Part shown: piece by piece, positions 21,970-31,818 of the stretch | Layout: each line of letters starts with the position of its first letter | Position numbering within the stretch: position 1 is the first letter of the stretch | Assembly (NCBI GenBank): GCA_016784175.1 | Contig: JADHVC010000003.1 | Span: 1 to 55,441 of the forward strand | Source: Patescibacteria group bacterium | Lineage (GTDB): Bacteria; Patescibacteriota; Patescibacteriia; Patescibacteriales; BS150m-G62 | Length of the DNA: 55,441 nt | Direction of reading: 5' to 3' | Notes under the pieces: generated by a model | Databases searched by the model: none | Seen by the model: the letters and a program-made list of their open reading frames with translations, nothing else | What the model was told of the DNA's origin: nothing | Position numbers and translations under genes: made by a program

Positions 21970-23013
21970 TTAGTTATCGTCTGCACTTGATACTCTCACT
22001 TTCTGTAATAATTCATTATCACCCAACATAATGCCGGTGCCCCTGACTACACAAGTTAAAGGATCCTCTCCTATTCTAACAGGTATTTTTGTTGCTTGAG
22101 CTATGCACTTATCTATATTTCTTAGCAAGGCTACACCTCCAGTAAGCACAATGCCATTTTCATAAATATCAGAAACAAGTTCTGGCGGAGTTATTTCAAG
22201 TACAATTTTTATATTGTCAACAATTTTTGTAATAGAACGAGACATTGCTTCTCGAATCTGAGTATCAGATATTTCAATCTGTTTTGGTAAACCTGTAATT
22301 AAATCTCTACCCCTAGCCTTCATCGTTAGTGGTTCTTTTAGCGCAAGAGCTGAACCAATGCTAATCTTAATATTTTCTGCGATCTGATCACCAATTAAAA
22401 TATTAAATTCTTCTCGAATATACTGAACTATGCTATTATCTAATTCATCTCCCGCAAGCTGCATGCTTTTCCATGTAACAACGCCACCAAGAGAGATTAC
22501 GGCTATCTCGGTTATGCCACCGCCTATATCTATTATTAAGCTAGCTTTAGCATCAAGAACTGGAAATCGAGCACCAATTGCTGCGGCCATAGACTCCTCA
22601 ACTAAAACTACTTCACGAGCACCAGCGGACTTTGTAACATCCTCAACTGCTTTTTTTTCAACCTCTGTGATATCCAATGGTATTCCAATGATAACCCTAG
22701 GTCGAGGCGATATTGTAAAATCTTCAGCATGTACTTTATCGATGAAATACTTAATCATTCTTTCGGTTATTTCGTAATCTGAAATAACACCTTTAATTAA
22801 TGGTCTAATGGCAGCTATGTGCGAGGGTGTTTTTCCAATCATAACTCTTGCTTCTTCTCCCACAGCAATAATTTCATCAGTCTTTATGTTAATAGCCACG
22901 ACTGATGGTTCGTTAATTACAATACCTCTATCGGATGAGTAAACGAGTGTATTCTTTGTACCGAGATCTATTCCGATATCTTTTGAAAATTTTCCTAAGA
23001 ATCTATTTAACAC
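21970..23013 (-). CDS. mreB: Actin-like rod shape protein MreB
   Basis: IGIDLGT, EPSVVA, EESMAAAIGA, DIGGG, TPPEL, LTGG; probable GTG start at 23013. Confidence 0.97.
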   Translation of the reverse strand: MLNRFLGKFSKDIGIDLGTKNTLVYSSDRGIVINEPSVVAINIKTDEIIAVGEEARVMIGKTPSHIAAIRPLIKGVISDYEITERMIKYFIDKVHAEDFTISPRPRVIIGIPLDITEVEKKAVEDVTKSAGAREVVLVEESMAAAIGARFPVLDAKASLIIDIGGGITEIAVISLGGVVTWKSMQLAGDELDNSIVQYIREEFNILIGDQIAENIKISIGSALALKEPLTMKARGRDLITGLPKQIEISDTQIREAMSRSITKIVDNIKIVLEITPPELVSDIYENGIVLTGGVALLRNIDKCIAQATKIPVRIGEDPLTCVVRGTGIMLGDNELLQKVRVSSADDN

Positions 23014-23079
23014 AATAAAAAAATCAAGATGCAAAATAAATTATGCAAAATGATGCAATAAAATTGAAGATAAATTATT

Positions 23080-23268
23080 GTAACTGCTCACTATATCTGC
23101 ATTATTTTTGAGCGCATATGGAATATGTAGCAATTTTTAGCAGAATTTAACTTAAAAAATTTTATGTTTGAGTGAAGCGAGTTTAAAATTTTTGTTAAAT
23201 TGTGCGTAAAAAATTGCCCAATATTCCATCTTAAGCGAAAAAGTGATGTAGATATAGTGAGCAGTTAC
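23080..23268 (+). mobile_element. Palindromic MITE-like repeat, copy 4
   Basis: 189 bp, GTAACTGCTCACTATATCT...AGATATAGTGAGCAGTTAC; flanks AAATTATT / TAATTATA (6/8); 3 bp beyond the proS stop. Confidence 0.9.
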
Positions 23269-23271
23269 TAA

Positions 23272-24516
23272 TTATAACTGTAGTTTTTGAACTATCTCAT
23301 CAATATTTACAAATTCAACTTCCCCAGTAGCGCGATTTTTTATCTCAACTAGACCTTTTTCAATATTCTTTTTGCTGACGATAATACGTTTTGTGCAACC
23401 TATTTTATCTGCAAGTGAAAATTTTTCACCAGGTCGACTATCTAGCCTATCATCATACAACACGTCAATTTTCATGTCTAGTAAATTTTGGTAAATCTCC
23501 TCACCTCGAACCTTTACTGACTCATTATCTTGATTAATCAAAATAATATGAACGTTAAATGGTGCAATTTCCTTTGGCCAAATTATACCCTCTTTATCAT
23601 TACTAATTTCAACAACTGTTCCCATAAGCCGACCAAGACCTATACCATAACAACCCATAATAACATCACTTTGCTCACCATTTTGATTAGTAACTTGAAA
23701 GTCAAATGAAGCACTAAATTTATTTTTTAGTTTAAATATATTGCCAACTTCTATGGACTTATGCTTAATAAGCTTTTTTGTTTTGCAATTTGGACAATCA
23801 CTTTGAACATCGATAATCTCCTCATTAATTGCTAGGTTGCATTTATCACAAACATAGATATTGTCCTCGCCAGCTACACAAAGAGTTTGAAATTCATGTG
23901 AAAATTGTGAAAATGAACCACCAGACGCAAAAGTTAAATAAGTAGAGCCAAGGATGCCACATCGTTTGAAAATTCTAAAGTAAGCTTTTTGGACTAATTT
24001 ATAATATTCATTCAAATCTTCTTCATCTAAATGAAAAGAATATAAATCTTTCATCATAAATTCCCGACCACGAAGTATTCCTGATTTAGCTCTTAATTCA
24101 TTTCGAAATTTTGTTTGGAATTGATAAACTTTAGTTGGTAAGTCTTTATAGGAATGTATATGCTTTTGCATTAAAGGAACAACTACTTCTTCATGGGACT
24201 GACCAAGAACCAATTTAGAACCCCCTTTTAATTCAGTATTAAAGAGAACATCAATATCCTGTCTGCCAGTTTGAATGTAATTTTGCAATGGATGTAATGC
24301 TGGCATATAAACCTCCTGACCATCAATATTATTTATTTCTTCACGAATTACATTTTCAATCTTTTTTATAACTCGCAAGCCTAAGGGCAAAAGTGTATAT
24401 ACCCCAGAAAATAGCTTGTCTATAAAGCCAGCTTGAATTAATAGCTGTGCGTTTAAGCTAGTCTCATCGCTTGGCACTTGTTTTAAGGATTTTGTAAAAA
24501 GTTGCGATTGGCGCAT
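23272..24516 (-). CDS. proS: Proline--tRNA ligase (short form without editing insertion)
   Basis: GVYTLLPLG, SHEEVV, KFRNELRAKSGILRGREFMMKDLYSF, IEVGNIF, MGCYGIG. Confidence 0.97.
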   Translation of the reverse strand: MRQSQLFTKSLKQVPSDETSLNAQLLIQAGFIDKLFSGVYTLLPLGLRVIKKIENVIREEINNIDGQEVYMPALHPLQNYIQTGRQDIDVLFNTELKGGSKLVLGQSHEEVVVPLMQKHIHSYKDLPTKVYQFQTKFRNELRAKSGILRGREFMMKDLYSFHLDEEDLNEYYKLVQKAYFRIFKRCGILGSTYLTFASGGSFSQFSHEFQTLCVAGEDNIYVCDKCNLAINEEIIDVQSDCPNCKTKKLIKHKSIEVGNIFKLKNKFSASFDFQVTNQNGEQSDVIMGCYGIGLGRLMGTVVEISNDKEGIIWPKEIAPFNVHIILINQDNESVKVRGEEIYQNLLDMKIDVLYDDRLDSRPGEKFSLADKIGCTKRIIVSKKNIEKGLVEIKNRATGEVEFVNIDEIVQKLQL

Positions 24517-24718
24517 ATATTTAAGAATTATTTAAGAGTTTAGATAATTACTACATACAATACACTATATGCCAAATAGATCAGCTTGTAAAGAAATATT
24601 TTAATCACAATTTAGTCAAAATATCGATTATACAAAAAAAGAGGGGAGTTATCCCTCTAGAAAATACAAGTTGAAATACAATGATACTTCTAGCTTGATC
24701 GATGAATTTTGTTATTTT

Positions 24719-25780
24719 TTACAATGAGCCATGAATACTATTAATGATATGCCGAGCATAAATGTTTCGCAAAACGTGAGTGCGATCAGTTCTTTTTGGA
24801 TAAGTTCTATTCATTAGAATTACAATTGCAAGATCATGTTCATAGTTAATGAGTAAGTATGGACCTGTAAACGCAGAATGACCAATAGCGTCAAGCATAA
24901 ATTTACCCATCCAAGGTCTATTTAACATCCAACCAAGACCTGAATGAATTTTGCAACTCCTTGTATAATTAATCTTTGCAATATTAGCTGTGTTTCTAAA
25001 TGTATAGCCACCCCTGCACTTAAATTGATCTAACCAGAACTGCGCAAATTTTTGAAGATCACGCGCAGTTGAAAACAAACCAGCATGGCCCGCAACACCT
25101 CCAAGTGCACGAGTACTTTCATCATGCACTACCCCACAAATATCTAACCCATCCACGACTTCTGTTGGAGCGCAATTACATCTACGATTATTAATATGCG
25201 GCAATTCACTGGAATAAAAACTCGTATCTTTCATATTGAGGGGTTCAAGTACCAATTGCGTTATTATTTGTGAAAGAGATTTAGATTTAACTATTTCTAG
25301 AATTCTGCCAAGTAAAAACATATTTACATTAGTATATTCTGCATTTGTGCCAGGTAACCATTTTAATTGATTTTGACCAATGTACCTTAAAGCATTATCT
25401 TTAAAGTCGATATTTGTGGCCAGTTTTGACATATGAGCTTGGATACCAGTGGTATGGGTTAGCAGATCTTTAATTGTAATTTTATCACCAAAGGGCACTA
25501 GTTCTTTACTTATATAATCGCTTACTTTGTCCTCTAGATTAATTATTTCCTTCTCAACTAGTAGCAATATAGCAGTAGAAGTAAAAACCTCTGTAATAGA
25601 AGCAATATCATATGTACTAGTCTTGACATAAGCTGGACAAATTGGCATACCACTATAATATAAGTTTCCATAGGCCTGTTTAAATATTTCTTTTCTGTGT
25701 TGCTGAACGGTGACAATAAGCGATGGTGATACTTTCTTAGTTATTAATTCATGAGCGATAATGCCAATTACATCTTCCAT
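24719..25780 (-). CDS. Beta-lactamase-family serine hydrolase (SxxK altered to SxxE)
   Basis: YDIASITE, LLTHTTG, YTN, GVVHDE, AGHAGLFSTARDL, GHSAFTG. Confidence 0.85.
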   Translation of the reverse strand: MEDVIGIIAHELITKKVSPSLIVTVQQHRKEIFKQAYGNLYYSGMPICPAYVKTSTYDIASITEVFTSTAILLLVEKEIINLEDKVSDYISKELVPFGDKITIKDLLTHTTGIQAHMSKLATNIDFKDNALRYIGQNQLKWLPGTNAEYTNVNMFLLGRILEIVKSKSLSQIITQLVLEPLNMKDTSFYSSELPHINNRRCNCAPTEVVDGLDICGVVHDESTRALGGVAGHAGLFSTARDLQKFAQFWLDQFKCRGGYTFRNTANIAKINYTRSCKIHSGLGWMLNRPWMGKFMLDAIGHSAFTGPYLLINYEHDLAIVILMNRTYPKRTDRTHVLRNIYARHIINSIHGSL

Positions 25781-25884
25781 CGTCTATAACCCCTTTTGTA
25801 AAGAACAATTGATTAATAATGTTATAATAGACAAAAATTAGCATATTTACAAGTCTTGGTAAGTCTCTACTATAAACAAAAAAA

Positions 25885-26074
25885 GCAACTACTCACTATA
25901 TCTGCATTATTTTTGAGCGCATATGGAATATGTAGTAATTTTTAGCAGAATTTAACTTAAAAAAATTTATGTTTGAGTGAAACGAGTTTAAAATTTTTGT
26001 TAAATTGTGCGTAAAAAAATTGCTCAATATTCCATCCTAAGCGAAAAAGTAATGTAGATATAGTAAGTAGTTAC
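25885..26074 (+). mobile_element. Palindromic MITE-like repeat, copy 5
   Basis: 190 bp; flanks CAAAAAAA / TAAAAAAA (7/8, low complexity). Confidence 0.88.
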
Positions 26075-26120
26075 TAAAAAAATAATTGAAAAAAGTATAC
26101 ATAAGTGGTATTTTTATACT

Positions 26121-27452
26121 ATGGATAATATGAACACATTATTTGAGAATAAAAAAATTACTCTTCTTGGCCTAGGAGTACTGGGACGGGGAGTGGGAGA
26201 TGCTAAATTTTTAGCTAAAGCAGGGGCAAAATTAACTATAACTGACCTTAAAACTAGCACTGAACTAAAAACTTCTCTTGAAAAATTGAAAAAATTCTCA
26301 AATATAAGCTATACACTCGGTAAACACAAGCCAAGTGATTTTAATAACAAAGACTTAATAATTAAATGTGCTGGAGTTCCTCTTGACTCTATCTACATAA
26401 AAGAGGCTCGTATTAATAAAATTCCCATTAAAATGAGCACAGCCATTTTTGCTAAACAGACAGCAGCAAAATTAATAGGTATAACTGGCACAAGAGGAAA
26501 ATCAACGGTCACTCACTTAATTTATCACATACTTAAAACTGCTGGAATTAAAGCCCATTTAGGAGGGAATGTGAAGGGTGTTTCTACTCTATCTTTGTTA
26601 AATAAAGTTAAAAAGAATGAATATGTAATTCTTGAATTGGACTCTTGGCAACTTCAGGGTTTTGGTGAGGACAAAATAAGTCCACAGATTAGCGTATTTA
26701 CCAATTTTATGCCTGATCATTTAAACTATTATAAAGGCGATATGCAAAGGTACTTAATGGACAAGATTAATATCTTCAAATATCAACAACCAAATGATAC
26801 ATTAATAACGAATAAAGCGACTTTAAAAATTATTAAAAAAGAATACAAATTTAAAATAAATAGCAAAATACTAGAAGTAGAAAATGTACTAAGTCGTACT
26901 AATCTTTGGAAAAAAAATTTACTAGGGAGTCACAATTTAATGAATATTGCAATGGCAGTACAAGTAGGAGAAGAAATCGGTATTAGCGAGAATATGATCA
27001 AGAAGGCTATTTCTACTTTTGCTGGAGTGCCAGGTAGGCTAGAATTAGTAAAAAACATAAATGGGATTAGATATTATAACGACACTACTTCAACTATACC
27101 CGAAGCAACAATGGCAGCAATTAATGCCTTAGAAAACAAAAGAATAATTCTAATTGCAGGTGGAAATGATAAAAACTTAGAATACAAGAAATTAGCCAAT
27201 ATTATAAGCACAAAAGTAAATAAGCTAATTCTATTACCAGGAAGTGCAACCAAGAAAATAACAGACAGTCTACCCAAAAAATACAAATATATAGTTACAG
27301 AAAGTATGGAAGGTGCTGTTAAGGAAGCTAGTCTAAGTGCAAAAAAAGGGGACATTGTCTTGCTTTCTCCAGGAGCTGCTAGTTTTGGATTATTTATAAA
27401 TGAGTTTGACAGAGGATACCGCTTCTGTAAATATATTAATAAAATTTCATAA
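26121..27452 (+). CDS. murD: UDP-N-acetylmuramoyl-L-alanine--D-glutamate ligase
   Basis: ITGTRGKST, GGNV, LELDSWQL, PDHLNY, YNDTTST, LIAGG.DK, LLSPGAASF. Confidence 0.95.
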   Translation: MDNMNTLFENKKITLLGLGVLGRGVGDAKFLAKAGAKLTITDLKTSTELKTSLEKLKKFSNISYTLGKHKPSDFNNKDLIIKCAGVPLDSIYIKEARINKIPIKMSTAIFAKQTAAKLIGITGTRGKSTVTHLIYHILKTAGIKAHLGGNVKGVSTLSLLNKVKKNEYVILELDSWQLQGFGEDKISPQISVFTNFMPDHLNYYKGDMQRYLMDKINIFKYQQPNDTLITNKATLKIIKKEYKFKINSKILEVENVLSRTNLWKKNLLGSHNLMNIAMAVQVGEEIGISENMIKKAISTFAGVPGRLELVKNINGIRYYNDTTSTIPEATMAAINALENKRIILIAGGNDKNLEYKKLANIISTKVNKLILLPGSATKKITDSLPKKYKYIVTESMEGAVKEASLSAKKGDIVLLSPGAASFGLFINEFDRGYRFCKYINKIS

Positions 27453-27491
27453 ATTATTATTTTATTCAATAAGAATAGTAAAATTAACTAT

Positions 27492-28844
27492 ATGCAATAT
27501 ACAGTGCAAATGAAAAGTAATAAAAGTAAACTCAAAAAAGCGTTATATAAATTAATGGCTATCTTTCTATTAATATTTGCAGGTTTTTTGGGTGGAATGT
27601 ATAGTTCAAGCAAGAATGATATCGTAAAAGATTTAAGCAAAAAAGAAGTTGTATATGTTGGCAAAGTATTGGGAAAATATAGCGAACCTGAAAAAGGAGA
27701 ATTAAACCAAGACATAGATTTTAAGCTTTTTTGGGAGCTTTGGGATATGGTTCGTGAGAGTTATGTTGACCAAGGAGAAATTAATGATAAAAAAATGTTC
27801 TATGGTGCAATGAATGGAATGATAGCATCTATTGGAGACCCTTATACTATTTTTATGGAACCGCAAGAAGCCAGAGAGTTTGAAGAAGACTTAAACGGTA
27901 AATTTGAAGGGATAGGAGCAGAAATTGGCATAAGAGACGAAATACTAACTATAATTGCCCCATTAGAAGGAATGCCTGCCGAGAAAGCTGGATTAATGTC
28001 GGGTGATAAAGTACTTGCTATTGATGGTGAAGTAACTATAGGCATAACAATAGATGAAGCAGTTAAAAAAATTCGCGGCGACAAAGGTACAAACGTAACA
28101 CTAACTATAACTCGCGATGGACTCGGAGAGACTCAAGACATTACAATCACAAGAAATACTATCGTTGTAAATAGCCTTAAAACAGAGTATATTAAAGACA
28201 AGAACATCTATAAAATTAAAATTACAAACTTCAATCATGATACTATCAACCTTATGGAAGAAGCTGTAAGTGAGATTGTTGCAAAGAAGCCAGATGGAAT
28301 AATAATCGATTTGAGAAATAACCCAGGTGGCTATTTAGAAATAGCAATTGAACTAGCAAGTGAGTGGGTTGAAGATGGAATAGTTGTGAGTGAACAATTT
28401 GGAGACGGAAAAAAGAATGACTTTTTAGCCCGCGGAAGAGCAAGATTAAGCGAATATAAAACTATAATTCTTGTAAACCAAGGTTCAGCTTCCGCTTCCG
28501 AAATTTTAGCTGGTGCATTAAGAGATTACGATATAGCTAAATTGATAGGTAAAAAAACCTTTGGCAAAGGATCTGTCCAATCACTCGAAAATTTAAGCGA
28601 TGGCTCTCAGTTAAAAGTAACAGTCGCTAAGTGGCTTACACCAGATGGCTATAACATAAACAAAGAAGGGCTTGAGCCAGACTTTGAAGTTGAATATACT
28701 AAAGAAGACTACGAAGCAAAAAAGGATCCTCAACTAGATGCAGCGATAGAGTTCTTAAAAACTGGTAAAGTTACCATAAAGGAAGTCCCAGAAGACAACA
28801 AAGAAGGGGAAAAAAGCATAGAAGACACAAAGAAAGCAGAATAA
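27492..28844 (+). CDS. S41 carboxy-terminal processing protease (CtpA/Prc-like, with PDZ)
   Basis: GDPYT, FEGIGA, DLRNNPGG, SASASEI, TFGKGSVQ. Confidence 0.93.
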   Translation: MQYTVQMKSNKSKLKKALYKLMAIFLLIFAGFLGGMYSSSKNDIVKDLSKKEVVYVGKVLGKYSEPEKGELNQDIDFKLFWELWDMVRESYVDQGEINDKKMFYGAMNGMIASIGDPYTIFMEPQEAREFEEDLNGKFEGIGAEIGIRDEILTIIAPLEGMPAEKAGLMSGDKVLAIDGEVTIGITIDEAVKKIRGDKGTNVTLTITRDGLGETQDITITRNTIVVNSLKTEYIKDKNIYKIKITNFNHDTINLMEEAVSEIVAKKPDGIIIDLRNNPGGYLEIAIELASEWVEDGIVVSEQFGDGKKNDFLARGRARLSEYKTIILVNQGSASASEILAGALRDYDIAKLIGKKTFGKGSVQSLENLSDGSQLKVTVAKWLTPDGYNINKEGLEPDFEVEYTKEDYEAKKDPQLDAAIEFLKTGKVTIKEVPEDNKEGEKSIEDTKKAE

Positions 28845-28972
28845 AGAAAACGCTCCATGTAATACCCAAAAGTGGAGCATTTTTTTATAAAAAAACCGAC
28901 TTTTTTAAGGTCGGTGGGTTAATTAGGAAGATTTAGATTAAAAGCGGGGGAACTAAATTTTTCCTAAGCCAA

Positions 28973-29185
28973 TTAGCAATACGTTCTAGCAGTCAGATAA
29001 ATAGCAAGATTAGTGGCCATTATAACGTTTAAAAGCATGAGCAAACTAATCCGTGATATTGTAAGATTTTTCTTTGCTTCTTTGTAAACTTTAACGGACG
29101 TGCTTGCCCGTGTTTCTCTCCAACCAATTTGGCGAAGCGATGGGAATGTGCCAATTAAACATGTGGAACCAGTATTTGTGGACAT
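28973..29185 (-). CDS. Small 70-aa protein with C-terminal hydrophobic helix (paralog B)
   Basis: SD-like AAGGA; shares QIGW(R/K)ExR with its neighbour; hairpin with U-run downstream. Confidence 0.55.
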   Translation of the reverse strand: MSTNTGSTCLIGTFPSLRQIGWRETRASTSVKVYKEAKKNLTISRISLLMLLNVIMATNLAIYLTARTYC

Positions 29186-29236
29186 ATTACTTTCCTTGTT
29201 TTGTGTTTTGTAAGGTAGATAGAAGTGAGTATATTG

Positions 29237-29449
29237 TTATACAATATACAACAAGTAAGCAGTATAAATGCACGACACGATCAGTAGAGTATAACCCGTA
29301 ATAGTAAAAGGGTTAAAATTAAATGTAGAATCATTTTTCTGATTGTTACGCAATCTATTTTCCTTCCAACCTATCTGGTGAATGGCCTTAGGGGTCTTCA
29401 AATGAAGCGGTTTAACATATTCGGGGGTTACAGCATGAGTCATTGCCAT
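29237..29449 (-). CDS. Small 70-aa protein with C-terminal hydrophobic helix (paralog A)
   Basis: Start MAMT at 29449 with SD GAGGAG; promoter TTGACA-N17-TATGCT (29533-29505); QIGWKENR motif. Confidence 0.55.
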   Translation of the reverse strand: MAMTHAVTPEYVKPLHLKTPKAIHQIGWKENRLRNNQKNDSTFNFNPFTITGYTLLIVSCIYTAYLLYIV

Positions 29450-29645
29450 TGTGGTAATCTCCTCGTAAATTTTTAAAAGGGCAGAAAATTGATACTCTGA
29501 TATTAGCATATCATGTAAGCAATTGTTTGTCAATCATTTTATTAAATTTGTCAATTCATTCTAAGGTATCGTTCATTTGTCAATATTGTTTGATTGGTGA
29601 AACAGTGATAAAATTTAAACGAAATAATTTTTGAAAAGCTTTTCT

Positions 29646-31295
29646 ATGAACAATGATACAATATTTAAGACTAAATATATTTTTGTCGTCGGGGGTGTAA
29701 TTTCTGGCGTTGGCAAAGGTGTAACAGCTGCTTCTATTGGGCGCATATTAATTAGTAAGGGTTATAATGTAAGCGCTATTAAAATAGACCCATATATCAA
29801 TATAGACGCAGGAACAATGAACCCAACAGAACATGGCGAAGTGTTTGTAACAGAGGATGGTGATGAAACCGACCAGGATATTGGTAATTATGAGCGATTT
29901 TTAAATAAGAATATTTATCGTGAAAACTACATGACGACAGGTCGCGTTTATGAAAGTGTTATTCGCAAAGAACGTAATTTAGAATATAAGGGTAAGTGCG
30001 TACAGGTAGTCCCGCATATTCCAATTGAAATTCGAGAGCGCATTCAAAAGGCTGTTAAAAAAACTGGTGCTGAGATTATGATCATAGAAATTGGAGGGAC
30101 GGTTGGTGAGTATGAGAACATGCTTTTTTTAGAGGCAGCTCGAGTTATGAAATTGCAAGAACCGCATGATGTACAATTCGTAATTGTAAGCTATCTACCG
30201 ATACCAAGCAAAGCAGGGGAGATGAAAACTAAGCCAACACAACACGCTGTTAGAGCTTTAAATACGGCTGGCATACAACCTGACTTTATTATTGCTCGAG
30301 CAAGAGTTAGTGTAGACGAAAAACGTCGCAAAAAAATTGCTATGCATTGTAATATTGACTACAAAGGAGTAATTTCTGCTCCAGATATAGATTCTATTTA
30401 CGATGTACCACTTAATTTTGAACAAGACAATTTGGGTGATCGAATATTAAGTAAATTTAGACTCAAGCCTCGTCAAAAAGATTTAGTAGATTGGCGAGCA
30501 ATGGTTCAAAAAATTAAAGAGGCAGACAAAGAAGTTAAAATAGGTATAGTTGGAAAATACTTTGCTACTGGAGATTTTTCACTCTCAGATTCATATATCT
30601 CTGTAATAGAGGCTATAAAACATGGATGCATTCCAAATAATGGCATACCAAAATTAAGCTGGATAGACACTGAAGAGATTAAAAATAAAGGAGTAGAGTT
30701 CTTAAAAGAGTTCGACGGAATAATAGTGCCACAAGGTTGGGGTAGTCGAGGATCCGAGGAAAAGATAAAAACTATCCAATACTTAAGGGAAAATAAAATC
30801 CCATTTTTAGGGTTGTGTTATGGAATGCAGATGTGCGTCATTGAGTTCGCTCGAAATGTTTGTGGAATAAAAGATGCTAATTCAGAGGAAGTTAATCCCA
30901 ACACTACCAATCCTGTCATACATCTTATGGTAGAACAAAAAGAACTTTTAGCGAATAAACAATATGGTGGAACAATTAGGTTGGGAGGTTGGCCATGTAA
31001 AATTAAGGAAGGAACTAAACTTGCAAGAGCTTATGAAGGTTATTTAGATAAAGATAATATTGCAGTAGAGCGACATAGACATCGATATGAATTCAATAAT
31101 GACTTTAAACAGAAGTTAGAGGAAAATGGATTAACGATCTGTGGTACTTCACCGGATGGTAAGTTAGTAGAAGCTGTTGAAATTAGTGAACATCCTTTTT
31201 TCATTGCTACTCAATTTCACCCCGAATACATTTCTCGACCATTATCCCCGCACCCTCTTTTTACGGAATTTATACGAGTATGCTTATTGAAGTAG
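29646..31295 (+). CDS. pyrG: CTP synthase
   Basis: GGVISGVGKG, KIDPYIN, HGEVFV, KTKPTQ, GLCYGMQ, ERHRHRYE, QFHPE. Confidence 0.98.
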   Translation: MNNDTIFKTKYIFVVGGVISGVGKGVTAASIGRILISKGYNVSAIKIDPYINIDAGTMNPTEHGEVFVTEDGDETDQDIGNYERFLNKNIYRENYMTTGRVYESVIRKERNLEYKGKCVQVVPHIPIEIRERIQKAVKKTGAEIMIIEIGGTVGEYENMLFLEAARVMKLQEPHDVQFVIVSYLPIPSKAGEMKTKPTQHAVRALNTAGIQPDFIIARARVSVDEKRRKKIAMHCNIDYKGVISAPDIDSIYDVPLNFEQDNLGDRILSKFRLKPRQKDLVDWRAMVQKIKEADKEVKIGIVGKYFATGDFSLSDSYISVIEAIKHGCIPNNGIPKLSWIDTEEIKNKGVEFLKEFDGIIVPQGWGSRGSEEKIKTIQYLRENKIPFLGLCYGMQMCVIEFARNVCGIKDANSEEVNPNTTNPVIHLMVEQKELLANKQYGGTIRLGGWPCKIKEGTKLARAYEGYLDKDNIAVERHRHRYEFNNDFKQKLEENGLTICGTSPDGKLVEAVEISEHPFFIATQFHPEYISRPLSPHPLFTEFIRVCLLK

Positions 31296-31314
31296 TTATT
31301 GTATTTAAACAAAC

Positions 31315-31348
31315 AAAAAAAGACTTATACTTTATAAGTCTTTTTTTT
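31315..31348. terminator. Bidirectional terminator between convergent pyrG and rpmA
   Basis: A-tract, GACTTATA/TATAAGTC stem, T-tract. Confidence 0.75.
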
Positions 31349-31395
31349 AGATCTCTAGGTCTGGCAAGGAATATATCCAATCGACTCCAGTAAGT

Positions 31396-31689
31396 TTATG
31401 ACTTTGCTTTAACAGCAGGATAAACATTTACGAATTTTACTTTTTTTAACTTACCTGTGAATAGTGCTACTTTTTTTGTACTAAACTTTACAATTCCATT
31501 AATTACTGAGAATATAGTATGATCATTGCCAAGTTTTACATTTTCACCTAAACGATACTTTGTGCCCCTCTGTCTAATAATGATTGAGCCAGGCTTAGCG
31601 ACTTCGCCAGCATAAAGCTTAACACCCAGTCGTTGTCCTTGCGAGTCTTTGAGATTATTGGCGGATCCACCCGCTTTTTTATGTGCCAT
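31396..31689 (-). CDS. rpmA: 50S ribosomal protein L27
   Basis: [12 protein letters not shown]...[18 protein letters not shown]. Confidence 0.97.
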   Translation of the reverse strand: MAHKKAGGSANNLKDSQGQRLGVKLYAGEVAKPGSIIIRQRGTKYRLGENVKLGNDHTIFSVINGIVKFSTKKVALFTGKLKKVKFVNVYPAVKAKS

Positions 31690-31818
31690 TGTTAGTTAAT
31701 TATGCATTATGAATCTAGAATATTGAATCATACTGCAAAAAGATTTATAATTTAATATTATGTATAATAATCGTATAATAGCAAAGATTATCTGCATAAG
31801 TCAAGACTTAGTCGTTAA

